The position numbers and the translations under genes were made by a program. A stretch of DNA of 64,000 bases from positions 261,640,001-261,704,000 of the forward strand of contig OZ024742.1 of the NCBI GenBank assembly GCA_964016885.1, in the 5' to 3' direction. The stretch is from Eledone cirrhosa (Eukaryota). This document shows positions 12,693 through 24,150 of the stretch, piece after piece. The notes beneath the pieces were generated by a model. It saw only the letters and a program-made list of their open reading frames with translations. It did not search any database and was not told the DNA's origin. Position 1 is the stretch's first letter, and the number at the start of each line of letters is the position of its first letter.

Positions 12693-15530
12693 TTAGCTGT
12701 AGTGTTGGCGGATCTCGGGAAGCATGGAGGCCTTAAAGGATGCAGTGTCTCGACAGCTAACAACTGATGCAGGTAGTTTGTTCCATGCTTCAGCAACTCT
12801 GAGCGTGAAAAAATGTTTCCGAAAGTCATGGGAACTGTGCTGTTTTCTTATTTTGTGGGCATGTCCACGTGTGTTAGACACATGGAAATCGAAAAGGCAC
12901 TCAGGGTTGTTGTTGGCAACATGGTTAACAATTTTGTGGGTGTTTACCAAGTCAGTTGCCAGGCGTCGGAGCTTCAATGAATCCATGCCCAGGGAAGCAA
13001 GGCGCTCAGAGTATGGTAGATGCCTGATGGAGGGTATTCGCTTGGTTGCACGTCTCTGAACAGTTTCCAGGCGGTCAATGTCCTGAGCAAGATAGGGGTT
13101 CCAGACTGGTGATGCAAATTCTAAGTGTGGTCGCACCATAGCTGTATACAGCCTTAAATAGATATCTGGAGAGCGGCTGACAAAGGTCTTGCTGAGTGAT
13201 GCTAAGACACCCTCGGCCCTCTTGACAATTTTAGAGACGTGCCTCGTCCAACGCAAATCGCTGCTGACCGTAATGCCCAGGTCACGTTCACAGGAAGACT
13301 TCTTGATATTAGTGCTGTGGAGGGAGTATGTGGACGCTGGGTTTTTACTCCCAAAATGCATGGTGGTGCACTTGTCCACAGCTAGCTTGAGTTGCCAGTC
13401 TGAGATCCACTGTTGCATTGTGTCCAGGTCAGACTGCAAGCAAGATCTATAGTGTTCAGGATCTGTCCTTTTTATCTCAAGGTACAGCTTGATGTCGTCT
13501 GCGTACTTTAGTACTGTGGCATTCCTTAAGTTGGCATCTATGTCATCAATATATGCCACAAACAAAAGGGGGCCAAGAACAGATCCCTGAGGTACACCAG
13601 ATGACATCTCATATGGTGAGGAATGCTGTCCCAGAACCGTGACTACCTCTCTTCGACTGAGAATGAAGGACTTCAACCAGTTAAAAAGATCATCCTTCAC
13701 ACCCATTGCAGAGAGTTTTGCCATAAGCCTTTTGTGTGGCACAGAATTGAAGGCCTTCGCAAAGTCAAGGTAAACAACATCCACCCATGAGCCGCCATCA
13801 GTGATCCGGGTGATGTCCTCAAGAAACTCTATAAGTTGATCACAGCAGCTGGAGTTGGGGATAAATCCAAATTGCGAGGGCCGGATAAGACTGTGAGAGC
13901 TCCAGAAGTTCCAAAGTGTTTCTCTGACACAGGATTCCATCAGTTTGGCGATGCAACTAGTAAGACTGACTGGACGATAGTTCACAGGTGATGTGCGGTC
14001 ACCCTTTTTGAACAGAGGAATGACACTGGCAGTTTTCCACTGTTCTGGAGTAGCACTGTTGTTCAGACAGAATTGGAAGAAGCGTGATAACTGCTGTAGA
14101 AGGAAGTACCCACCACGTTTAAGAAGCAGGTACGTAACACCATCAAGACCAGGAGAGGCATGGTTGCGTTTATTTTTTAGGTGACGTCGCAGCATTGCAG
14201 GTATAAATTCCATGGTTGTAATAGAGTCCGGTGTCATAGGTGGTGGAGATGGTACACTCTGGTCTTCAATGGTGAAAATGCCTGCATAGCATTCAGCAAT
14301 GAGCTCTGCGCATTCCTTGGGGTCGTCAGTAACCTGGCTTGTGTGGGGATTGCGAAGAGGACCAACTGGAAAGTGAGGCCTCTGCTTTGAGTGCACATAC
14401 TTCCAGAACACCTTACTGTCAGGGCTGGTTGCTATGCGCTGCTCAAATTGAAGCACTGCCTTTTTTGTCACCTGTTTGAGATGGTTGGACGATCTATTGC
14501 GCCTCTTCCTATTAATGTCTGATTTGTGAAGTTTGTACTCACGTTCAGCATTGCGCCGTTCTTTTCTGGCAAGACGGACTGCTGCAGTCTCCCAAATTGC
14601 GCTTTTAGGATGTTTTTTCCGCTTACGTGGCACCGATGCTGCACATGCTGTCCATATTGAGCTCAGGATGTTCTGGAGTACAGTGTTGACATCTCCAGAG
14701 TCATAGAACTCAAGCCAGTTTGGACGTTGCAACTCGGTGCAGTAACAGTTCCAGTCTTCTTTATTCCAGTCAAAGTGAGCAGTTTGGAGATGGTTGTGGT
14801 TTTTGTTACTGCCCATGAGGGATAGATTGGCAATGATCATAGCATGATCAGAGTCACCTAAAGGTTCCTCAGCAGTAACACTAATGACCGTTTCAGGAGT
14901 AGTGGTGAAGAGTAGGTCCAAAGTGTTGTCACCTCTCGTTGGGGAGGTGACCACCTGGGACCAACTCGAGTCCAGCACCAGCTCAAGGAAGTCATTTGCA
15001 CTTGGCGGCCAACGAAAGGTCTCCCAGTCAATCTCAGGGTGATTGAAGTCACCTGCAATGAAAACATAAGTGGCTGTCTTCCTGGCAGCAACTCTGAGGA
15101 TATCACAAAGTTGAGTGTCCTGATGGTAATTTGGGGGACGGTAAACGACTCCAAGTAGCAGTGTTGACATGGTCATACGTATATCGCAGAAAAAAACTTC
15201 CTGCTGTGATTGGTTCAAATCAGCACAAGGAATTGCCGACAGATTTGACCGAACGTAGACCATTACACCACCACCACGACGATTAATACGGTCTTTACGA
15301 AACAGGTTGTAGCCAGTCATGCTGAAAACCCCATCACAGAGTAAGGGATGTGCCCAAGTTTCCGTGACTGTAATGAAGTCCGGGTTGATACTTTTGACGT
15401 AGGAGTCAAAAAGATGAATCTTATTGCATAGACTACGTGCATTCAAGGACAACAGTTTGTACTTTGATTCCAGTCTATGATTATGTGCAGGGGATGGCAG
15501 GTTGTTCTGATTTAGTTTCCCAGAGTTTTT
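12693..15530 (-). CDS. LINE ORF2: APE endonuclease plus reverse transcriptase
   Basis: SLNARS, VTETW, GDFNHPEIDW, LDLLFT, SDH (APE); NYRPVSLTS, YLDFAKAFNSVPH, GVPQGSVLGPLLF, YADD (RT). The frame is open from 15530 and the track's start codon is TTG, not ATG. Confidence 0.93.
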   Translation of the reverse strand, partial: KNSGKLNQNNLPSPAHNHRLESKYKLLSLNARSLCNKIHLFDSYVKSINPDFITVTETWAHPLLCDGVFSMTGYNLFRKDRINRRGGGVMVYVRSNLSAIPCADLNQSQQEVFFCDIRMTMSTLLLGVVYRPPNYHQDTQLCDILRVAARKTATYVFIAGDFNHPEIDWETFRWPPSANDFLELVLDSSWSQVVTSPTRGDNTLDLLFTTTPETVISVTAEEPLGDSDHAMIIANLSLMGSNKNHNHLQTAHFDWNKEDWNCYCTELQRPNWLEFYDSGDVNTVLQNILSSIWTACAASVPRKRKKHPKSAIWETAAVRLARKERRNAEREYKLHKSDINRKRRNRSSNHLKQVTKKAVLQFEQRIATSPDSKVFWKYVHSKQRPHFPVGPLRNPHTSQVTDDPKECAELIAECYAGIFTIEDQSVPSPPPMTPDSITTMEFIPAMLRRHLKNKRNHASPGLDGVTYLLLKRGGYFLLQQLSRFFQFCLNNSATPEQWKTASVIPLFKKGDRTSPVNYRPVSLTSCIAKLMESCVRETLWNFWSSHSLIRPSQFGFIPNSSCCDQLIEFLEDITRITDGGSWVDVVYLDFAKAFNSVPHKRLMAKLSAMGVKDDLFNWLKSFILSRREVVTVLGQHSSPYEMSSGVPQGSVLGPLLFVAYIDDIDANLRNATVLKYADDIKLYLEIKRTDPEHYRSCLQSDLDTMQQWISDWQLKLAVDKCTTMHFGSKNPASTYSLHSTNIKKSSCERDLGITVSSDLRWTRHVSKIVKRAEGVLASLSKTFVSRSPDIYLRLYTAMVRPHLEFASPVWNPYLAQDIDRLETVQRRATKRIPSIRHLPYSERLASLGMDSLKLRRLATDLVNTHKIVNHVANNNPECLFDFHVSNTRGHAHKIRKQHSSHDFRKHFFTLRVAEAWNKLPASVVSCRDTASFKASMLPEIRQHYS

Positions 15531-16741
15531 TCAGTTTCTTTATTGTCAGTTGTTGTGGGTACACTGTTTTCAGACCAGCTGGTGTCTCTTTTCCATGATT
15601 CGCCAGCCTTAACAAACTTCCATATCTGCCCATCATCTCGTAGGCTGAAGCTTTCATGTTCTGCCGAGCTGCGGTTTAGGGAAGCTGCAGCACGCAACTT
15701 TGGGCGGACATCAGGTGGAAGACCAGGACGTGTTCGGAAAGCAATCCGACTTTCACGCCTAGCTTTATCAGAGGCTACAAGGTATGAACGTGCCTCAGCC
15801 GAGTTTGAAAACGACAGTCTAATTAACCTGGGTTTCGGGCCTGGTCGGCCAAGGCGTAGAGCACCCTTTGAGGGAGTACAGCCCAGGTCTTTGGATGAAC
15901 TGGCAGCAAATGCCTGAAGATCAACTATGTCTTCCGGCACACCAATGGCAATCACTTCGTGGTTTGCAGATTCAGTGGCATTCTCAATGCGTCTAGGTTC
16001 AACATGAGGTACGCGGAGATTTTTTAACAAGGCACTCCGGTAAGATCCCTCATTGTGGGGTTCTACACGAACGCTTGATTTTATTTCCGCTATTTCTTGA
16101 CTTAAAGCGGAAATCATTTGCCGTATTTCCTCAAACTCCGTATTGACGGTCGGTTTTTGTTGTTGTTCTTCTCCTTCAACAGGCATGGTAGAAGACACAG
16201 TCGTCGGTTGTTGTTGTTGAAAAGTAACGGGTGAGGAAGACATGGGTTGCTGTTGTTGATGAAGTCCTTCAACGGGGGTAGTAGCAGAAGCTACGGTCGT
16301 TAGTTTTTGCTGTTGTTCAGCGACAATGGTAGAGGAAGACACGATCCTCGGTTTTTGTTGTTGTTGTTCAGGAACAATGGTAGAAGACACGATCTTCGGT
16401 CTTTGTTGTTGTTCCGCAGCAATGGGAGAAGCAGGCATACAGTCCAGGCACTGAAAGGACCAGTTTGTTAGCTGGACCATCTCCCAGAGTCTATCCATCG
16501 TAGCAATGTGATGTTTCTTATTTTGGCCTGGGATCTTCCGGAAGCCTGTGGCGCATTGAAGGCAGACAGAGATGCGACAGGTTCCACATTCGACCCAACG
16601 ATTACGGAACGAGTTTTCGGGTTCCGTACAGATATGGCAGGTGTGATCTTCCGGGCAATGTTCTATTTTTGGACATCGACCAGTTTTGTCGCAAATTTCA
16701 TCGATGGATATCACCATGGCAATTTTGTTATTTCTACCCAT
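15512..16741 (-). CDS. LINE ORF1 with PHD-like Cys finger, Q-rich repeats, coiled coil and RRM-like C-terminal region
   Basis: First ATG at 16741 (MGRNNK..); CHIC..WVECGTCRISVCLQC..WSFQCLDC; LRLGRPGPKPRLIRLSF; ends LGN*. Confidence 0.85.
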   Translation of the reverse strand: MGRNNKIAMVISIDEICDKTGRCPKIEHCPEDHTCHICTEPENSFRNRWVECGTCRISVCLQCATGFRKIPGQNKKHHIATMDRLWEMVQLTNWSFQCLDCMPASPIAAEQQQRPKIVSSTIVPEQQQQKPRIVSSSTIVAEQQQKLTTVASATTPVEGLHQQQQPMSSSPVTFQQQQPTTVSSTMPVEGEEQQQKPTVNTEFEEIRQMISALSQEIAEIKSSVRVEPHNEGSYRSALLKNLRVPHVEPRRIENATESANHEVIAIGVPEDIVDLQAFAASSSKDLGCTPSKGALRLGRPGPKPRLIRLSFSNSAEARSYLVASDKARRESRIAFRTRPGLPPDVRPKLRAAASLNRSSAEHESFSLRDDGQIWKFVKAGESWKRDTSWSENSVPTTTDNKETEKTLGN

Positions 16742-17048
16742 CCGTAGAAAAACACAGAATGTAAACAATATAGGTTTAGCGCACTTGATTACGATAAAAA
16801 TAAAATGTCTGTTTTTTTGTGTATTTTGTTTCCGTTTTCCTAAATGCTGTGTGTGTGTAGAAGAGTCTGTGCATGTAAACAAATAAATATGCTGCGTAAG
16901 TTAAATGAAACGTACTGTAGAAGGCAGTTGTTTATTAACAGCGAATAACGTTTTTTTTTTGGGTTTTTTTCCCCCCTGATACTGCTTCTTTATAGTAAAC
17001 TTTCAATAATATTTTTTTTTTTTAGGTTGAAAACAAAATTACAAAGAA

Positions 17049-18316
17049 TCAGTCAGGAGCCTTGTAGTTATGCAATAGGTGTTTGGCGACGTGTGGACAA
17101 CGTGTAAAAAATTCACTCCTCGTGTTTAGGCAATCACTATTGCGTAATCTCTTTAGAATAGTTATTCGTTCGTCAATACATAAGCCACACGTCGGATTTC
17201 CCCTTGCGTATGGCTTGGACCTAGTGATGGCTTTCCATTGAATGGAGTAGTCTATACTTGAGTCCTTAAGGGACCATACGTGGCTCGCGAGTTTCGTGGA
17301 TGAACGTCTGTCCGGGTACCTGAAGGTAGACTGGTGGTTCAGGAAACGTTCCTTGAATCGGCCCTCCGCCATGCCCACATAGGATTTGACCTCCTGTGAT
17401 TCGTTTGGTCGGTTGGAAGTGACCACAGCTTCATAGATTACAGCTGGTGTGTTGCATTGCTGTTGAAGGAGCCAAGCTTCAGGTTTACGGCAAGAGCACA
17501 CTGGTGAGGTGTTGCTCCTAGGGCTGCTGGTGATGTGGGCCTTCATGTTCTTAGCGCAAGAGTATCCTAGTTTAACTTTGTGTCGGTTAAAGATGGACGT
17601 ATGGGGAAGTGTCTATCTAAGAGGGCTAGAAATTTTTTTCCTACATTGGTTTTAACGTTGAGTGAGAAGGGAGGAGAGAACCAGATAGTTTGTCTATTGT
17701 TGAACTTACTTTTCTTATTGCTGTTGTTGCTAGTGGGAAAGTAGGTGATAGGTTGCGAGAAGCCGCTGTTAGCCAACGCCATGTTATAGTAGGGTGCCGC
17801 CCTGTCAAAGATAGCCTTATTAGAGGAGAGGTTTGAGATTCTAGTACTGATATTCTTAACGAAGTTTCTAAAAACATTGGAAGGGTGGCATGAGTCCTTT
17901 TGAATGTAATTAAGTTTCTCGTTTAGCTTATGGAAGGGTCTGTAGATGGGTGTGCGAAGGTCTAAATTAATGTCTAAGAACTCTACGCTAGAGAGGTTGG
18001 TGGCTACTGTTATCCTAAGTCCTAACTCATTGAAGGTAGAAGCTAAGTCTTTTTTAAACCGGTCGAGGTCGTGACCACTTTTATGGCTCGATAAAGTCAG
18101 TCCATCGTCACGGTATATTCCCGTGTGGAAGTCCGGGAATCTAACACGTAATATGTCTAAGATAAAAAGGCCAACCAAGTCACATACGTCAGCACTGTCA
18201 AACGATCCCATGGAGACGTCGAATAGGTCTGAAGATCTAGACTTCTTTGCCCAGGCTACTCCGTCGTTGAAGAGGAGGGTTTTCTGACAGTGAACGATGA
18301 TTTACCTGTCTAAACC
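17049..18316 (-). mobile_element. Penelope-like element: C-terminal RT plus GIY-YIG endonuclease, frameshifted
   Basis: MGSFDSADVCDLVGL, GIYRDDGL, FLDINLDL, WFSPPFSLNVKTNVGKKFL; VIYEAVV..YVGMAEGRFKERFLNH, CGLCIDE, LNTRSE..CPH. Confidence 0.9.
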
Positions 18317-19900
18317 ATCGACGGTGGTATACATCAATGTGGCCGAACTGGACGCAGTGTTGAGAGGGGTGAACCTCGCCCTGAGGTGGGGACTGCGCAC
18401 CATCGAGATACGCACCGACTCAGCTACTGTACTCGGATGGGTGAGATCAGTGCTCACCGGTGAGAAGAGAGTGCGAACGAGAGGGGCGGCGGAGATGCTG
18501 ATAAAGCGCCGCCTGAGAACTTTAGGAGAGCTGGCCACCGAGTTTGACCTGAGGCTGAGCGTAGTTTTCATGCCCTCAGAGAAAAATAGGGCGGACATCT
18601 TAACTAGGGTGAAGAAAGCCTGGATGGAAGCGCCGGGGGAGGTAGAAGATGAGATAGCTGCCATGTGTCGGCTGACCGAGTCGGATCTGAAAGGGTTGCA
18701 TGACATGCACCACATGGGAGTAGATAGGAGCCTGTTCCTAGCCATGAGAATCGACTCGGACGTTAACAGACACAGTGTTCAAAGAGTGGTTAGAGCCTGC
18801 ATCCGATGTCAGTCCATTGATCCCGCCCCGGGTGTACACGAAACGGGAAGCCTCCCGGTGGATCGCTACTGGAAGCGATTGGCGGTGGATGTAACGCACT
18901 ACCGACAGGGGACGTACCTGTCGATGGTCGACTGTGGACCAGGACGGATGGCGATATGGAGGGAGATGAAGACTGGAACGGCCGAGGAAATCATGCGGAC
19001 GTTGAGAGAGGTGTTCTTGGAGCGGGGCCCTGTGGACGAACTGCTGATGGATAACAGGGCAGCGTTCCGCGCTCGGAGGCGCTGAGGGAGATGCTCGATG
19101 GATGGAAGGTGGACCGTTTCTTCAGAGCAGCGCACAGGCCGAGCGGGAATGGAATTGTGGAGCGACACCACCGGACGATCAAGGCAATGGCGGAGCGGGG
19201 CCATATCTCACCAATGGAGGTACAATCTGGTACAACATGTCCCCTCGGGTGGGACAGGTCGAGGAATCGGTACCACACAGAGCAGTATTCAGATACGAGT
19301 GGCGGCACCCGTGCACGCCACCACAACGGCCAGTGGGGAGAGAGAGTGCATTCGTGCAGGTGGGCGAAGAAGTCTGGGTTAAGCCCCCAGACGCACGTTA
19401 CACATCTCAATGGGGAAGGGGAACGGTGACGGCCGTAAATTCCCAGAACAATGTGTCCGTGGACGGAGTACCACGTCATGTCCTGGATGTCCGTAGAATC
19501 ACTGTCAATGGACTCCGAGGAAGAGGAAACCCAAAGTGCTGCCCCAACACTGCGGAGATCGCAAAGAAGTCGTAAACCACCAACCTGGACAGCAGACTTT
19601 CATATGCAGAAGGACGAGGGGGAAATTGATCCTTGAGATCAGGGGGGCGTGTGGGTATGGTGTGGCGTGCGGTGGCCGGAAGCGGGGGAGTGCTCGACCG
19701 GAAGGGTGCTTGGCCGGAAGGATGCTCGACCGGAAGGGCCAGCAGATGGCCTCTCTAGTGGTGACCAGCAACGGTGTGGACGCGAGTTTTGGCAGCTCCC
19801 GGTGTTAAGCAGTTGGACGCACGTGGAAGAGGAGAGACCAGCAGTGGAATTTAGCGGCGCCTATGAAAAGCGGTAAGTGAGATAGCTTTTTCTAACCACA
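18317..19900 (+). mobile_element. Gypsy LTR retrotransposon 3' fragment: RNase H, integrase, PPT and 3' LTR
   Basis: INVAELDAV..TDSATV..N.ADILTR (RNase H); HDMHHMG..CIRC zinc finger; AVDVTH/LMDN/GIVERHH (DDE); PPT GAGATCAGGGGGGCG at 19635-19649; LTR TGTGG(19650)...CCACA(19900). Confidence 0.85.
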
Positions 19901-21735
19901 CATCATTGGCTCACAGAAGGACAGAAATACGAACCTAACCCATAACTTCTTTATGGACGATATGAAACTCTATGCCAAGAACAAGGATGGGATGAAGAAA
20001 AATCTTGACCTGGTTACAACGTTCTCAAAGGATATAGGAATAGAGTTTGGCCAAGATAAATGCTCATACATGACTGTAAAGCGTGGAAAAACAACAACCC
20101 AATCTAGCTACATTGTCATCAATGGTCTAACTGTTTCGCTGATATCTGATGGGGACTGCTACAGATACCTGGGGATAGATGAGAACATATCCTATAATGG
20201 TATCTGTAATAAAGAACGCGTAACCAGGGAATACTACACCCGATTAAGAAAGATCTGGTCATCGGAACGCTCTGCGCAAAACAAAACAGTGGCTCACAAT
20301 GTGTTTGCTGTGCCTGTCCTAACACCAACGTTTGGAATACTCAATTGGACGATAGACAAAATCCGAGCAGTTGATGTTGGAACTCGAAAAATACTGAACA
20401 CCGGAAACTTCCACATCAACAGTGACATAGACCGCCTTTACTTGAAACGTAAGCAGGGAGGCAGAGGCCTAACATCAGTCCAGACAACATTTGAATGCCG
20501 CATCATATCTCTCCGACAACATCTACGAACCTCGAAGCGTAGGAGCCCGCTTCTCGAGCAAGTCTATCTGCATGAAACAGATAAGATCATGAGAGTTGGG
20601 AAGGAACTCCTTGAGAGATATTCCCTGTGATAATCAAAAACTCACACCCAGGGATGTCGCTCAGCAGTATCGCAGTGAATCCATGGATGAAAAACTGCAT
20701 GCCTATCAGCAAAAAATCATGCATGGTTATGTTGCCAGGAAGCTCCAGAGTGAGAGTAATATAGATAAGGAAAGTAGTTTATCTTGGACCAACAACCGCT
20801 ATATTGGCTCCCACTTTGAAGTATACGCTTTTGCAATCCAAGAACAGGAGATTAGCACGAAATACCTGATTCACAAAAGAGATAGGGATGCAGGCAAAAC
20901 ACCTGCAGGCAAAACACTCTGCAGAACTAACATCGAGGATATCACCCATGTCATCAACAGCTGTCCAAAGATGTCATCGCGGTACTATCTACCTATGAGG
21001 CATGATGTAGTGGCCAAAACACTGTACAATGCAGTTCGTAAAAAAGATAGCCCCGATAATAAACACATTAAAAGCTACAACAATGTGGAAGACATCCATG
21101 TACATAATATGAAAGAGTACAGGTGGAATGCTCCAGTAAAAACCCCAATAAAATGCAGGCATAACAGACCAGATATTATGATATGGGACAGGGAGAAGAA
21201 AACATGCACAGTAGTGGAAATTAGCTGCCCAGCAGATGCCAATATAATATCAAAGATTAGTGAAAAGGAGAATATTTATGCAGAACTGATGAGAAATCTG
21301 CAGATACTCCACCCTGATTACACCTTCAGATTTATGCCGGTGATTATTGGGGCACTGGGGTATGTTAGTAACTGCCTCAATACAAATCTTGAGAAGCTAG
21401 GCTTCACAGGAACAGAAAGAACACAACTAGTTAGGAAACTACAAGTACAATCCATTAATGGAACAGTAAAAATATGTAAAACATTCCAAAAATTTTGCAT
21501 CTAATAACTGCATATACACATGTACAGATACAAAGCATATACACATGCACACATACAACTCAAAACATCCACATCCACACATACAATAACACCCATATCT
21601 ACACATGCATGCATACATACATATCTACCTAGTTGATGTTGTGCAAATTCCAATGAGAGAGTCTTGTGTCTATGTTAGAAACCGACTCTCTCTCTATTGG
21701 TAAAACTTTGTGAAATTATAAAACCAGAAGAACAT
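19901..21735 (+). mobile_element. R4/Dong-like LINE 3' half with one frameshift
   Basis: MDDMKLY (RT), RHDVVA, RPDIMIWD..VEISCP..EKENIY (RLE); 3' end AAAACCAGAAGAA-(CATA)n. Confidence 0.9.
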
Positions 21736-21822
21736 ACATACATACATTCCTACATACATACATACATACATACATACATACATACATACATACATACATA
21801 CATACATACATACATACATACA

Positions 21823-23563
21823 TGGTGGCTGCCAACTCGTTTTCGAGTACGGCCACTACTTTATATCCATGTAGGAGAACCCCTACCGATGCGCTGAACG
21901 AGTGTGACGTTTTAGTCCAGCCAGCGACTTGAAAACTCTGGTACAAACACTATACTTGTGACAATTATTGACACATAGTGCTGGGCCCATGGTACCATGT
22001 GACGACAAGTGCAGAGAGATCTACAGATATAAAGCAATGCCTGTGCCGTGAAGCTTTTATAGTGAGCAAAGGCACTGCACAAAGCCAGTCCCACTCTCTT
22101 AACCAAGATGATATTTACCAAAAAGAAGAACAAGTCAACATCAATGGATACCATCAGGGTTGCAGGTGTTATATCAGAGTTTTCCTACTCCTAGAATTCT
22201 GCCTTGACAAGGGCTAAGGGGTCATCTCTCCCATACATACATACATACATACATACATACATACATACATACATACATACATACATACATACATACATAC
22301 ATGGTGGCTGCCAACTCGTTTTCGAGTACGGCCACTACTTTATATCCATGTAGGAGAACCCCTACCGATGCGCTGAACGAGCGTGACTTTTTAGTCCAGC
22401 CAGCGACTTGAAAACTCTGGTACAAACACTACACTTGTGACAATTATTGACATATAGTGCTGGGCCCATGGTACCATGTGATAACAAGTGCAGAGAGATC
22501 TCCAGATATAAAGCAATGCCTGTGCCATGAAGCTTTTATAGTGAGCAAAGGCACTGCACAAAGCCAGTCCCACTCTCTTAACCAAGATGATATTTACCAA
22601 AAAGAAGAACAAATCAACATCATTGGATACCATCAGGGTTGCAGGTGTTATATCAGAGTTTTCCTTCTCCTAGAATTCTGCCTTGACAAAGGCTAAGGGG
22701 TCATCTCTCCCGGTGATTTTGGATGGCCATTGACTCTTAAGAGCTCCTTTACCCTTTGACAGGTTTTGTTTTTAGTCCTGCAGGATGTCCAAAGTCACCC
22801 TCCTCACCAAGAAACCTTGGTGGGGTTGCCAGTTTAGTCGCCAATGACCCGACCATGAGACAGGTTGTACTGGGATACATGTTACCAGTAGCACCAACTG
22901 GTGACCTGACATAAAATGATGATACATACATATATATATATATACATACATATATATACACATGGTGGCTGCCAACTCGTTTTCGAGTACGGCCACTACT
23001 TTATATCCATGTAGAACCCCTACTGATGCGCTGAACGAGTGTGACTTTTTAGTCCAGCCAGCGACTTGAAAACTCTGGTACAAACACTACACTTGTGACA
23101 ATTATTGACACATAGTGCTGGGCCCATGGTACCATGTGACGACAAGTGCAGAGAGATCCCCAGATATAAAGCAATGCCTGTGCCGTGAAGCTTTTATAGT
23201 GAGCAAAGGCACTGCACAAAGCCAGTCCCACTCTCTTGACCAAGATGATATTTACCAAAAAGAAGAACAAGTCAACATCATTGGATACCATCAGGGTTGC
23301 AGGTGCTATATCAGAGTTTTCTTAGAATTCTGCCTTGACAAAGGCTAAGGGGTCATCTCTCCCGGTGATTTTGGATGGCCATTGACTCTTAAGAGCTCCT
23401 TTGCCCTTTGACAGGTTTTGTTTTTAGTCCTGCAGGATGTCCAAAGTCACCCTCCTCACCAAGAAACCTTGGTGGGGTTGCCAGTTTAGTCGCCAACGAC
23501 CCGACCATGAGACAGATTGTACTGGGATACATGTTACCAGTAGCACCAACTGGTGACCTGACA
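21823..23563 (-). repeat. Three tandem copies of a 0.41-0.61 kb non-autonomous element separated by (CATA)n/(TA)n
   Basis: Units start TGGTGGCTGCCAACTCG at ~21823, ~22302 and ~22963. They are near-identical; the first lacks the ~200 bp 5' segment. Confidence 0.9.
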
Positions 23564-23611
23564 TACATACATACATACATACATACATACATACATACAT
23601 ACATACATACA

Positions 23612-23642
<31 letters not shown>

Positions 23643-23740
23643 GTATGTATATGAGTATATGTATGTGTATACATGCATGTTTGTATGTTTTGTATGTTGG
23701 TAGGTAGGCATGTAGGTAGGTGGATGCATGGGGATTGGGG

Positions 23741-23820
<80 letters not shown>

Positions 23821-23976
23821 GGGTGGGTGGTTGACTGCATGAATAGATAGAAAGATAGATAGATAGATATAGATAGATATGTTTCTTTATTAGCCACAGG
23901 GGTAAAAAAGAAGGGGACAAATACAAAGGGGGAAGTTTACATACAATAAAAACGTGTAAAACACTATCACAAATAT

Positions 23977-24052
<76 letters not shown>

Positions 24053-24150
24053 GTGGGTGGATACATGAATAGATAGATAGATATGTTTCTTTATTAGCCA
24101 CAGGGGCACAAAAGAAGGGGACAATAGATAGATAGATAGATAGATAGAAT
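23562..24150. repeat. Microsatellite cluster (CATA)n, (AGAT)n, (AG)n
   Basis: Directly visible runs. Confidence 0.9.

Larger units (their letters stand above)
12581..16960 (-). mobile_element. Apparently full-length CR1/L2-group LINE with two intact ORFs
   Basis: ORF1 and ORF2 are uninterrupted, the 3' UTR is short, and an (ATT)n tail lies at ~12581-12597. The 5' boundary is approximate and no TSD was recognised. Confidence 0.9.

Noticed and set aside
22720-22910. Possible HDV-like ribozyme at the 5' end of the tandem element (GGCGACTAAACTGG resembles J4/2-P2)
   Set aside because: I could pair P2 and a short P4 but could not build P1/P1.1 in the required order. It needs a descriptor-based search.
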